Shown: piece after piece, positions 19,287 to 27,321 of the stretch | Layout: each line of letters opens with the position of its first letter | Numbering within the stretch: position 1 is the first letter of the stretch | Origin: Candidatus Latescibacterota bacterium | Lineage (GTDB): Bacteria; Latescibacterota; UBA2968 | Reading direction: 5' to 3' | NCBI GenBank assembly: GCA_965208125.1 | Contig: OZ242320.1 | Coordinates: 3,072,001 to 3,136,000 of the forward strand | Length of the DNA stretch: 64,000 bases | Notes under the pieces: model-generated | The model's database searches: none | What the model was told of the DNA's origin: nothing | Seen by the model: the letters and a program-made list of their open reading frames with translations, nothing else | Translations under genes and position numbers: made by a program

Positions 19287-20611
19287 GGTCAAGTCCGAAA
19301 AGTTCTGTAAAATTGTAGCTTCGTGATATAGGGGTCAGAGCGTTTATTTCCAATCCGTCATGTCCAGGTAGCGTCTGCCGGTGATCCACTCGTCAGACCA
19401 CTCCATACACAACGCGCCGATGAGACGTTCACAAGCCTTTTGATTGGGGAAGATCTGCACCACATCGGCACGTCTTTTGATCTCACGATTGAGTCTCTCC
19501 AACAGGTTGGTGGTACGAATGCGTCTTTGATGCTTTTGGGGAAAGTGGAAGCAGGCCAGACAATGGATAATATCCCGGTCTATTTTGTCCACTATATTGG
19601 GCAGTATCTCTTCATAGGTGTCCATCATAGAAGATAGGCGGTCTTGTGCAGTGGCAAGATCGGGGGCATTGAAAACGTCTTTGAGTGCCTGTGCGACTTC
19701 GCGTTGATGCTTCGGCGGTGTGATACCTTTGATATTTCGGTGAAAGTGTGTCTGACAATGCTGCCAAGCGGCCCCCTGAAAGTGTCGTTTGATGGCGTTT
19801 TGTAAGCCTTCGTGGTGGTCAGAGATGACGAGATGCACACCCTTTAACCCACGCTTTTTAAGGTCTTTAAACAAGTCCGCATACGTGGCTTCTGTCTCAG
19901 TGTGCGCCACGTCAATGGCCAAAATGTCTCGGTGCCCACTCCCTGCGATCCCAGAAACGATTAAGACGCCTTCACAGGCGACCTGCCCCAAAGATCGGAT
20001 GTGGAGATAGGTCGCATCAATGATCAGATAGGGATACGCCTGTTCGAGAGGTCGCCCCCGCCAGGCGTTGATGTCTGCATCCAGGTCTTGACAAAGCTGT
20101 GAGATGTGAGACTTTGAGACGCTGGTCCCACATAAGGCTTCTGTGATCTTTGTCACCCTACGTGTGGAGACCCCTTGCAAATACGCCTCTTGAAGGGCAA
20201 GAATGAGGGCTTTTTCACTGCATTGAAAGCGTGAGAATAACTCACTGCAAAATCGCCCTTCCCGATCTTGAGGCACGCTTAGCTCGATACGGCCTACGCG
20301 CGTCTTGAGTATCCGCGGCTTATATCCGTTACGGTAGCCCGTACGAGTGGTCGTTCTTTGATAGGGTTCGGCTTGTAAAAACGACGTGATCTCGGCTTCG
20401 AGGAACTGTTGCAGGAAGCGAGTCACGGCCTGATTGAGAAAATCAGGAGCATTCAAAAGTGCAAATTGCTCTCTTTGAGAAATTTTAATATCTTTGGGGT
20501 GAGTCATCGTAGCCTCCAAGTTAGGGTTTATATTTCGTTCACCCCTATTTTAAGATTTTTCTCGGAGCTACGGTGACTTTTTACTTCTTACAGAAATTTA
20601 AGGACGCTATC
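19287..20611 (-). mobile_element. IS256-family insertion sequence (1325 bp)
   Basis: Imperfect 24-bp terminal IRs (...GTCC...TTCTGTAA) and 8-bp target duplication TGTGGGAC at 19279-19286 and 20612-20619. Confidence 0.92.
19344..20507 (-). CDS. IS256-family (Mutator-like) DDE transposase
   Basis: RNGY, VPQDR, GVSTR, IDA, ISD, QHCQTH, RTTNLLERLNREIKRR; GGAGG RBS. Confidence 0.95.
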   Translation of the reverse strand: MTHPKDIKISQREQFALLNAPDFLNQAVTRFLQQFLEAEITSFLQAEPYQRTTTRTGYRNGYKPRILKTRVGRIELSVPQDREGRFCSELFSRFQCSEKALILALQEAYLQGVSTRRVTKITEALCGTSVSKSHISQLCQDLDADINAWRGRPLEQAYPYLIIDATYLHIRSLGQVACEGVLIVSGIAGSGHRDILAIDVAHTETEATYADLFKDLKKRGLKGVHLVISDHHEGLQNAIKRHFQGAAWQHCQTHFHRNIKGITPPKHQREVAQALKDVFNAPDLATAQDRLSSMMDTYEEILPNIVDKIDRDIIHCLACFHFPQKHQRRIRTTNLLERLNREIKRRADVVQIFPNQKACERLIGALCMEWSDEWITGRRYLDMTDWK

Positions 20612-20980
20612 TGTGGGACAGAGTATTTTGCTGGGTATGATAATAATATCGGCTTCTTTCAAAAGGCAATGCCAAAGATTCTAAACAAGATGATTGCCGC
20701 GCTTGGCGACAACCACGACGAGACAATCTTTCTTCTCGGATCAGATTATGAACAATGGAGCGTCTTGCGTTGTGGTAGCATCCGTCCAACATCCGGAGAG
20801 CCGGGAAAGGCAGACCGAATTGGTATAGACTTGCACAAGGATGGCAGTGACTACCGTAAGGGAAAGGGAAAGGCACTGATTGTCGAAGACCTTGCGGCCT
20901 ATCTTGCTCAGACCATTCACAGAGGCGATTTTTCAGTCTTTGAAAGGCAGATGCCCTTTCTATTCAATACACAATTTTAA
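20612..20980 (+). pseudogene. Probable 5'-truncated ORF of unknown function next to IS256
   Basis: Open frame to a stop at 20980. The annotated start lies inside the IS end, and the reconstructed pre-insertion sequence has no upstream in-frame start; an internal ATG near 20669 is possible. Confidence 0.35.
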
Positions 20981-21170
20981 GGAAAAAAGAAGGAGGGCCT
21001 ATGACTATGTGAAGCGTAGAAACGGAAAGCCCCAATTAAGTTTTTCATGAGGGAGAAACACGGTTTGTTGGGGCTTTCTGTTTTTTTATGCTCAACAGAA
21101 AGCCACGCACGCAGTATATTGTGCGCTGATATGCAAGGTCTTGCCCCTTCAACGCAGAAAGGATCTGACA

Positions 21171-21989
21171 ATGACAATATATTACTTATTAACAAATAGA
21201 GCAATGCCCGGGCTTGTGAAAATTGGACAAACAAATAAAACCGTAAATCAAAGAATAAAAGCTCTCTACTCTACAGGTGTTCCAACCCCTTTTGTTTGCC
21301 AATATGCTGTTGAAGTACCTTCTAATAACAAAGAAAATTATGAAAAATTGATGCATGATGCCTTAGACACATTACGGTATAATCCCGATAGAGAGTTCTT
21401 TGAAATTCCTGTAGATGATGCTATTAGCCTAATGAAAATGATACCAGGCACCCCTTTGCCTTTTCCCTCAACCGAAACACGCCCTATTGCTTTTGGACTT
21501 GGGGAAGAAATTAGTCCTGATGATCTCCAAACAAAGAAACAACGGCCTCAATTTCGGTTTTCAATGATTGGATTAAAAGTGGGGGATCCTGTGGCTTATC
21601 GTGATGATATATCTGTAGTTGCTGTTGTTTGTGATGACAAAAATGTAATGTATAATGAAACAAAGATGAGTTTAAGCAAAGCTGCGAAAATAATTGGAGG
21701 CTCAGATGTCTCAGGTCCAAGGATGTGGAAATACCATGGAGAAATCTTAGATAACATACGCACAAGAATGGAGAAAGAGGCAGAAGATAGCGAAACACGG
21801 CGAATAAATATACACGGCGATGTTGGGATAAACGGGAAAACAGGCGAGAAATGCCAAAGTAATGGACTATATCAAGCTGAGTGCTGCCACCAAGAAAATA
21901 TAGCAATTAAACAGAATGATTTTTTTCCTCCTTGCAGTATAGGATATCACGGTGTTTCTTGGAGACAGACAGGGACTTATCAGCCTTAA
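21171..21989 (+). CDS. GIY-YIG (T5orf172-type) nuclease with RAMA-like domain and C-terminal YjzC-like Cys motif
   Basis: IYYLLTN.AMPGLVKIG.T...LYSTGVPTPF...EFF; FRFSMIG...SLSKAA...GPRMWKY; TGEKC..NG.Y...C...FPPC...V.W. Confidence 0.8.
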   Translation: MTIYYLLTNRAMPGLVKIGQTNKTVNQRIKALYSTGVPTPFVCQYAVEVPSNNKENYEKLMHDALDTLRYNPDREFFEIPVDDAISLMKMIPGTPLPFPSTETRPIAFGLGEEISPDDLQTKKQRPQFRFSMIGLKVGDPVAYRDDISVVAVVCDDKNVMYNETKMSLSKAAKIIGGSDVSGPRMWKYHGEILDNIRTRMEKEAEDSETRRINIHGDVGINGKTGEKCQSNGLYQAECCHQENIAIKQNDFFPPCSIGYHGVSWRQTGTYQP

Positions 21990-22109
21990 AACGCAGTATA
22001 TTCTATTCGAGTGTGTAGCAAGATGTGCAAGGTCTTGCTCCTTCCCTTTACGTGGCGACGAAGAGGCGGAGCCATCCGGGTGCTCTACGCGAAGAGAAGG
22101 AGCAAGAAA

Positions 22110-22478
22110 ATGGAAGTAGAAATCAAACATGTGCCTGAGGGCTCCGCGACCGAAACCAGAACCATTATGTTTGATGTTTTCGTCAAAGGCGTAACCACCC
22201 CAATCTCAGAGGCAGAAATCATATTGAGCGTTAGTAATATGGCGAGTGAACGTCCGAGGACTGTCACCATCTGCGACACTAACTTTGAAAATTCAGCAAT
22301 AGAAAGGGAGGACATTCAACTCAGAAACAAAACGCCCAAAAAACTGCAAGCATCTGGCTTTCTCGCAAGAGTTGAAATTCCCCGAGTAGGCATTGTGCGA
22401 GTTGAGAAAGTTACGTTGACAGGATCACCTGAATATCCAAAAATTGTTCTTTCATCAAACATGACTCTCCGCTATTGA
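22110..22478 (+). CDS. Hypothetical protein (122 aa, predicted beta-rich)
   Basis: GAAGGAG RBS before ATG at 22110; followed by hairpin GGCAGACTT/AAGTCTGCC; no family recognised. Confidence 0.55.
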   Translation: MEVEIKHVPEGSATETRTIMFDVFVKGVTTPISEAEIILSVSNMASERPRTVTICDTNFENSAIEREDIQLRNKTPKKLQASGFLARVEIPRVGIVRVEKVTLTGSPEYPKIVLSSNMTLRY

Positions 22479-22618
22479 TAATTTTGTTCAATTGAGGAAA
22501 GAATATCTTGGCCACACTCAGGGCAGACTTTGCTGGAACACCTATCTAAGTCTGCCAATTTCCTTTTTCTCGATCGTTCCCGAAATTTCTTTATTTTATC
22601 TCGGGTGTAAGTACCTTT

Positions 22619-22740
22619 TGGAGTTACCCCGTTTTGGTGGAGTATTTAGGGCTTGGGTTTCAAGCCTGTGATTGATGCAGTTTTGCGTAAGCTATCGGCG
22701 CATGGTAGGCGATGGTATTGAGTCCTTTTGGAGACGTTTT
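22619..22740 (-). pseudogene. Remnant of an IS3-family element (IRR and eroded transposase 3' end)
   Basis: 42/47 identity to the reverse complement of 1-47; minus strand reads TIAYHAPIAYAKLHQSQA*, like the IS3 OrfB C-terminal H-S-x-x-G-Y-x-x-P motif. Confidence 0.65.
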
Positions 22741-22829
22741 AAGACGGAAAACAAAACTTTGCTTGTGTGCCACAAGAAGTGGTGCAGGCAATTCTTATGA
22801 GAAATATCACGGCTAATCCTTAGCACAAA

Positions 22830-22961
22830 TTAGCCTACAAATTGCTGGTTCAAATTTTGGGTCACAGATCCCTCGTCAACTAACTGGTTGTGCCATCTCA
22901 GCCAATCAGGGTGCAGTATTTCCCAATAAGTTGTCCTATGCACGCCAGAAACTAAATACAT
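22830..22961 (-). CDS. Candidate 43-aa small protein (or 5' remnant of a gene)
   Basis: AAGGAGG 5 nt upstream of ATG; MYLVSGVHRTTYWEILHPDWLRWHNQLVDEGSVTQNLNQQFVG*. Confidence 0.4.
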   Translation of the reverse strand: MYLVSGVHRTTYWEILHPDWLRWHNQLVDEGSVTQNLNQQFVG

Positions 22962-22976
22962 AAAATCCTCCTTAAA

Positions 22977-23026
22977 AAATTATCAAACTTGACAAAAAAT
23001 TATCAAGTTTAAAAAGAAATTGTCAA
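22977..23026. promoter_or_regulatory. Three AAATTRTCAA repeats at exact 20-bp period, with palindrome TTGACAAAAAATTATCAA
   Basis: Copies at 22977, 22997 and 23017; contain TTGACA on both strands. Confidence 0.6.
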
Positions 23027-23242
23027 ATTCACAAAATACAATACTTTATACAAAAAACACACTGGATTTGTCGTTAAACTGCAAGAAAAAAAGTGAGCGA
23101 ATTGGTCAAGAGAGATCTGCGGTTGGAAAAGCGGTTGTTTGTGGCCTGAATTCAGGTTCTGTAAGCCCTATGTTTATTGCATTGAGACAGAATTCGGAAT
23201 TCGGCAACATCATCCAAAACGGGTCAAGTCCACTTTTGCCCA

Positions 23243-23327
23243 AAGGTATTTATGGTGTTGTTTTCGATATTGCCCGTTCTGGGTATGATCGTTGGCTCTG
23301 GTTTGCAAGAAAATAGGGGGTGAAATA
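23243..23327 (+). pseudogene. Diverged copy of the 3' end of the MFS gene (18273-18354)
   Basis: KVFMVLFSILPVLGMIVGSGLQENRG* vs KVFMVLAIFPVLGMMVGFGLRENRG*, and the same TGAAATA across the stop. Confidence 0.88.
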
Positions 23328-23424
23328 GTTTGCGTGAGTGGAGGATTTTGGTTGTCATTGTGGCCTGTTTTAGCCGCCACGCGTAGCACAACGCCAGTAA
23401 TCCAGTTGTAAAATATTAAAATAG

Positions 23425-23457
23425 AAAAGCCGAAGGTCTAAAAACCCTCGGCTTTTT
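23425..23457. terminator. Bidirectional terminator downstream of dndE
   Basis: AAAAGCCGA-AGG...CCC-TCGGCTTTT. Confidence 0.7.
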
Positions 23458-23482
23458 GTTTTGATCTGATGCCTTCTAAAAA

Positions 23483-23848
23483 TCATTTCCGCGGTAAGAG
23501 TCGCTGTAGGTCACTTAAGTCCTTGCAATTTTGATAAAGTGTTAGAACCCCGCGATTAAGATGCGCTCGGAAATAGTCTTCTAAACCATTCTCAGTATCT
23601 AACCCGTCATTGAAACAGCGCTGTTTTAATAGAGCAACAAAGAGGCTGTCCCATTCACCTGTTAGTGTATATCGATTGAACTCCTGCCCATCTTCGGGAT
23701 AAACATCTGCGTTGGGCAGGCCACTCTCTCGAAGCGACAGGCAGAAACCGATCCGGCATAAGATATTTGGCGTTAATCCCGTTCTGCCTTTTAAATGTCT
23801 AAGCCGGTTGGAGGCTTCCAAGCAGAGCTTGATCTTGTTGAGTTTCAT
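23483..23848 (-). CDS. dndE: DNA sulfur modification protein DndE
   Basis: LK.RTGLTPNILCRIGFCLSL...FRAHLNRG; follows dndD. Confidence 0.92.
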   Translation of the reverse strand: MKLNKIKLCLEASNRLRHLKGRTGLTPNILCRIGFCLSLRESGLPNADVYPEDGQEFNRYTLTGEWDSLFVALLKQRCFNDGLDTENGLEDYFRAHLNRGVLTLYQNCKDLSDLQRLLPRK

Positions 23849-25871
23849 GATCGGACTCTCTGTGTTTCCAAAAATAACCTTCGGATGCTGCGGATGATTC
23901 AGTCTCGGGACTGTATTGCAAGTGGTATGCGTGAGAAATGAATGGATTCAGTGCTTTGATATACTTTTGATCAATTTCTGTGTCAGTGGAAAGAATGATA
24001 ACCTGGTGACTGGCTTTAGAAAAGTAGCACTCTATCAGGTTGTGGCGATGGTCACTGTCAAGTCGCCCGAGAGGTGTATCGATAATTACGGGTAGTGGGC
24101 GTCCTGATGTTTGTGCCAATGCCCAGAGCATGGATATGGCGTAGATTTGTTTTTCTCCCGCAGATAACTGCTTTTTGGGAATGGCTTGACCTTGACGGTC
24201 ATAAAGGGTTACAGAGAATGTTTTGGGATCAATTTCAATACGGCGTATCATATCGCTTTTGCGGCAAAGCAGGTCGAAACATTGAGCCACAGCATGCTCC
24301 AGTTTACGCACCTTTGTTTGTGCCAGTTGATCAAAGTATTCGCCCAGAACGCCCTGGACACCATTGATCAATTTGAGACGATGGTCCATGTCTTCTTCAA
24401 GGGATAGTTCATCCAGTGCTTTTTGATATTCTCGATTGGTCTCTTTAAGCTGGTATTCATGCTGGCGGATTTCTCTTTCAATGCGCTCTGATTTGGTATT
24501 GAGTGATCCCAGGGTCTGGTTTAGATCATTCATTTTTTTGATATGCGGAGCAATTGCATCATCATCGGGAATGCGCTGTAAGTTCGTTTCGACTTTTTCG
24601 AGTTCTGTCAATGCTTTTTCAAGTTGACGGGTCTTGGCAATTACAACGTCACGACTAACTGGCGCGCCGCTTTTGGCCCAATTAATCAATTGAGCACCTT
24701 CGTCCTGAGAAAAGTTGTGTAAAATTTTAATGGTTTCAAAGTCTTCAGGAGGTTGGAATGCCTCTATGATCATAGAACCAATTTGGTCTATCAGGTTCTC
24801 ATTGTCAGCAATTGGGGGTTTTAATATTCCGTTGTTGAGATTTTCTTTTATATCTTCCCAACGAGTCTGTGCAACATCCTCCACGATGTGCCATTTTTGG
24901 ACTTCATTCTCACCTTGAACTTGCTGCGTAAGTTGCTCACATAATTCGGGTACCAATGAAAAGGGGAATAGGCGTGAGCATTCTTCTCGAATGCGGCTTT
25001 TAAATTGTTCAATTTGTGTCTGCAAAGAAGCGTGTTGAGATTTAAATTCCTGCCGTCTTTGTGCGTATTTTCCACCCGCTACTGCAAATTCGGTTTCGGC
25101 TTCTTCAATTTTGGCTGTTACACGTTGCAAATGTGCTTCAATCTGTGCCCTGTCTTGCCTTAAGTCTGAGAGTTGTTCATCAAGCGCAAATTGTCTTTTT
25201 TCAATATCTTTTAAGTATTTTTCTGTTTTTCCGTCTTGTGCTTTCTTTTTTTGACGGTTTGAATAAGTAGTCAAATCAGATTTTAACTGTTCAATGATGT
25301 CCAGACTGAGCATTGATTTGACAGATTCCGCCAGGATAGTGCCACCCTCTTCTTCAGCGAGATTTTGAATTTTTTCACCATCAAAGAAAAAGAGCTGTGA
25401 AACACCTATAGGAACCAAATCATTCAGAAACTCTTGCACTTGTTCCGTCTCAAACAGTTCTTCTCCATTTTCTTCAAGCGTCAATTGTTCTTCTATCTCA
25501 TCTTTCATAGAGTCCAATTTTTTCCAGGCTCTTTTTACAGTATAAAGGTGCTGTTCTCCAAACTTGGCGTAGGAAAACACAAGCTGGATGCTTGTATTTT
25601 TTAACTTTACACCCCCACCGCCTCTGGGGCGATGTATGCGTCCTGAAATGTACTTGCAATAGTCTCGATTGCTCATTCGACGATCAAGCGCGTTTTTGCC
25701 ATAAAGACAAAGCAGGATGGCTTCGAGGAAGGTAGTTTTTCCAGCCCCGTTTTTGCCCCCAAAAAGAATAATCGGACTTGTCTTGCGATATTTGGTACGC
25801 GGTTCAAGATCAAAGTCATGTGAACCACAAAAAAGTCCAAAATTTTGGATGGATAGGGTTTTAAAAATCAT
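23799..25871 (-). CDS. dndD: DNA sulfur modification SMC-like ATPase DndD
   Basis: GKNGAGKTT, FFFDGEKI, long coiled coil, LSAGEKQ, IDTPLGRLDS.HR, GYFW; 3' end overlaps dndE by 50 bp. Confidence 0.95.
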   Translation of the reverse strand: MIFKTLSIQNFGLFCGSHDFDLEPRTKYRKTSPIILFGGKNGAGKTTFLEAILLCLYGKNALDRRMSNRDYCKYISGRIHRPRGGGGVKLKNTSIQLVFSYAKFGEQHLYTVKRAWKKLDSMKDEIEEQLTLEENGEELFETEQVQEFLNDLVPIGVSQLFFFDGEKIQNLAEEEGGTILAESVKSMLSLDIIEQLKSDLTTYSNRQKKKAQDGKTEKYLKDIEKRQFALDEQLSDLRQDRAQIEAHLQRVTAKIEEAETEFAVAGGKYAQRRQEFKSQHASLQTQIEQFKSRIREECSRLFPFSLVPELCEQLTQQVQGENEVQKWHIVEDVAQTRWEDIKENLNNGILKPPIADNENLIDQIGSMIIEAFQPPEDFETIKILHNFSQDEGAQLINWAKSGAPVSRDVVIAKTRQLEKALTELEKVETNLQRIPDDDAIAPHIKKMNDLNQTLGSLNTKSERIEREIRQHEYQLKETNREYQKALDELSLEEDMDHRLKLINGVQGVLGEYFDQLAQTKVRKLEHAVAQCFDLLCRKSDMIRRIEIDPKTFSVTLYDRQGQAIPKKQLSAGEKQIYAISMLWALAQTSGRPLPVIIDTPLGRLDSDHRHNLIECYFSKASHQVIILSTDTEIDQKYIKALNPFISHAYHLQYSPETESSAASEGYFWKHRESDHETQQDQALLGSLQPA

Positions 25872-27316
25872 CTTTGAACACTTGCCTTTCGAGATCGCCG
25901 CTTTAATTCCCGTTCAATAGCCTCTTCCTCATTTTGCCATTCCTCGGTGAGCACTGCTTCGAGCTCTTTAGAGATGTTTGAACGATAAGCCATCCCATTC
26001 ATGGAAAGTTCGACATCCAGTAGCTTCATAACAAGTTTGGGTGGAATATTTCGCTCCTCACAGATTTTCTCCAATATAGAACGATCCTGGGGAGTAAAAC
26101 TCCCGGTATCATCTTCGGCCCAGGTTAAGTCATCACCTATAACCTCCTGGTAGATCTTCGGTACACTGTCTTCCCAATCCTGTTCTTCCATCCGCCAGAT
26201 TCGTCTGATTTCCTGTAATTCTTCGGGATGAATGAGTGTGGCATTCGGATCAGGCCCATTTTCACGCACTGATTGTTGTGCTTGTAAAACCATGCGTAAA
26301 ATTTCTTGCCGAATTCTCAAAAAATAGGGGCCAGGAACTACTTTTTGTTCGTTGCTGCGATCCAGCATAATGCGTCCATTGCGACGTTTGTAGTCTCTGT
26401 ATTCTCGCTTCTTTTCCGGATCTTGAGTAGCTGCCAACCAGTCGCGTAATTCCAGTAGTGGCTCCATCCAGTATTCGCCATTATCAATCATTGACTCCAT
26501 TGCTTTGTCCTGGGTTACGACTGTACAGACCCAACAGCCAAAGCGACTGTTTCCACAGGAAGGCGTTGTGGTGTCAATAACAAGGGGACATTCACCTGCC
26601 TGGGAGTTCTTGTAGAGTGCAACGAGGTCTCGATTGTTATTGCCCCAGGGAGATTTCCACTGGAGCAAATAGGTCCAGACATCATTGGTTGTAAAGTTCT
26701 CAATTGGCGTGTACACGTAAGCGCGAGGCAGTGTTGAATGCCGCTTGAGGCGATTACCCGTAATTTTGTGCAAGCTCATAACCTGAGCACGCGTTGCACT
26801 TTCATCGCTACGCACGCCGAGTACCATAATGACTTCGCCGTATTCTGCAACTCGCTCTAAAATGAATCGATTGGCGGGATCAATTTTCATTCGCTCAGTA
26901 CACCAGCGAAATGTTGTGGTAGGTGCAGGATAGCCACGACCAATGAGGTTGGTCCAAAAGCTATCTTCCATCAACGGCATAACTTTTTCAGCCTGAAAAG
27001 GCATGCCCTGGATTTTGGCTGCTTCGTTAATTCGATTCAGTGTGTTGTCGATGTAATCCACGATAACAGGTGTTTCGACCAGTGTATCGGATGATATTAC
27101 AAAGATCATTTTTTCCCGTTTTTCGCGCGGTAGTTCAGAGATGGCATACCATATTGCTTGAAGGGCTGTGGTGGAATCCTTGCCGCCGCTGTAACCGATA
27201 ATCCAGGGACGGTCATCGGATAAGTAAAGGTCTCGGATTTCTTCGTATAGGTCTTTTAGACCTTCACCGCTTAGATTCGAGGCACCATTCAAATCCTGTT
27301 TTCTAATTTCTATCAT
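25868..27316 (-). CDS. dndC: DNA phosphorothioation sulfurtransferase DndC
   Basis: PWIIGYSGGKDST PP-loop, RWCTERMKI, ECP...SCGNSRFGCWVCT. Confidence 0.96.
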   Translation of the reverse strand: MIEIRKQDLNGASNLSGEGLKDLYEEIRDLYLSDDRPWIIGYSGGKDSTTALQAIWYAISELPREKREKMIFVISSDTLVETPVIVDYIDNTLNRINEAAKIQGMPFQAEKVMPLMEDSFWTNLIGRGYPAPTTTFRWCTERMKIDPANRFILERVAEYGEVIMVLGVRSDESATRAQVMSLHKITGNRLKRHSTLPRAYVYTPIENFTTNDVWTYLLQWKSPWGNNNRDLVALYKNSQAGECPLVIDTTTPSCGNSRFGCWVCTVVTQDKAMESMIDNGEYWMEPLLELRDWLAATQDPEKKREYRDYKRRNGRIMLDRSNEQKVVPGPYFLRIRQEILRMVLQAQQSVRENGPDPNATLIHPEELQEIRRIWRMEEQDWEDSVPKIYQEVIGDDLTWAEDDTGSFTPQDRSILEKICEERNIPPKLVMKLLDVELSMNGMAYRSNISKELEAVLTEEWQNEEEAIERELKRRSRKASVQR

Positions 27317-27321
27317 GGCGT

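Noticed and set aside
20573-20611. Start of the 135-aa ORF
   Set aside because: Lies within the IS256 terminal repeat, so it is not the native start
21109-22110. Integron attC interpretation of the repeated leader motif
   Set aside because: No RYYYAAC...GTTRRRY core ends and no intI in the window; kept only as an unexplained repeat
23222-23231. GGTCAAGTCC, identical to the first 10 bp of the IS256 end, just before the MFS fragment
   Set aside because: Similarity stops after 10 bp; cannot be distinguished from chance
23020-23316. 98-aa ORF in the track
   Set aside because: Crosses operator repeats and overlaps the MFS fragment in a different frame; no RBS; likely spurious
22480-23480. CRISPR array or leader in the 1-kb gene-poor gap
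   Set aside because: No repeat-spacer periodicity of CRISPR size and no cas genes; the gap is explained by an IS remnant, a small ORF, short phased repeats and the MFS fragment
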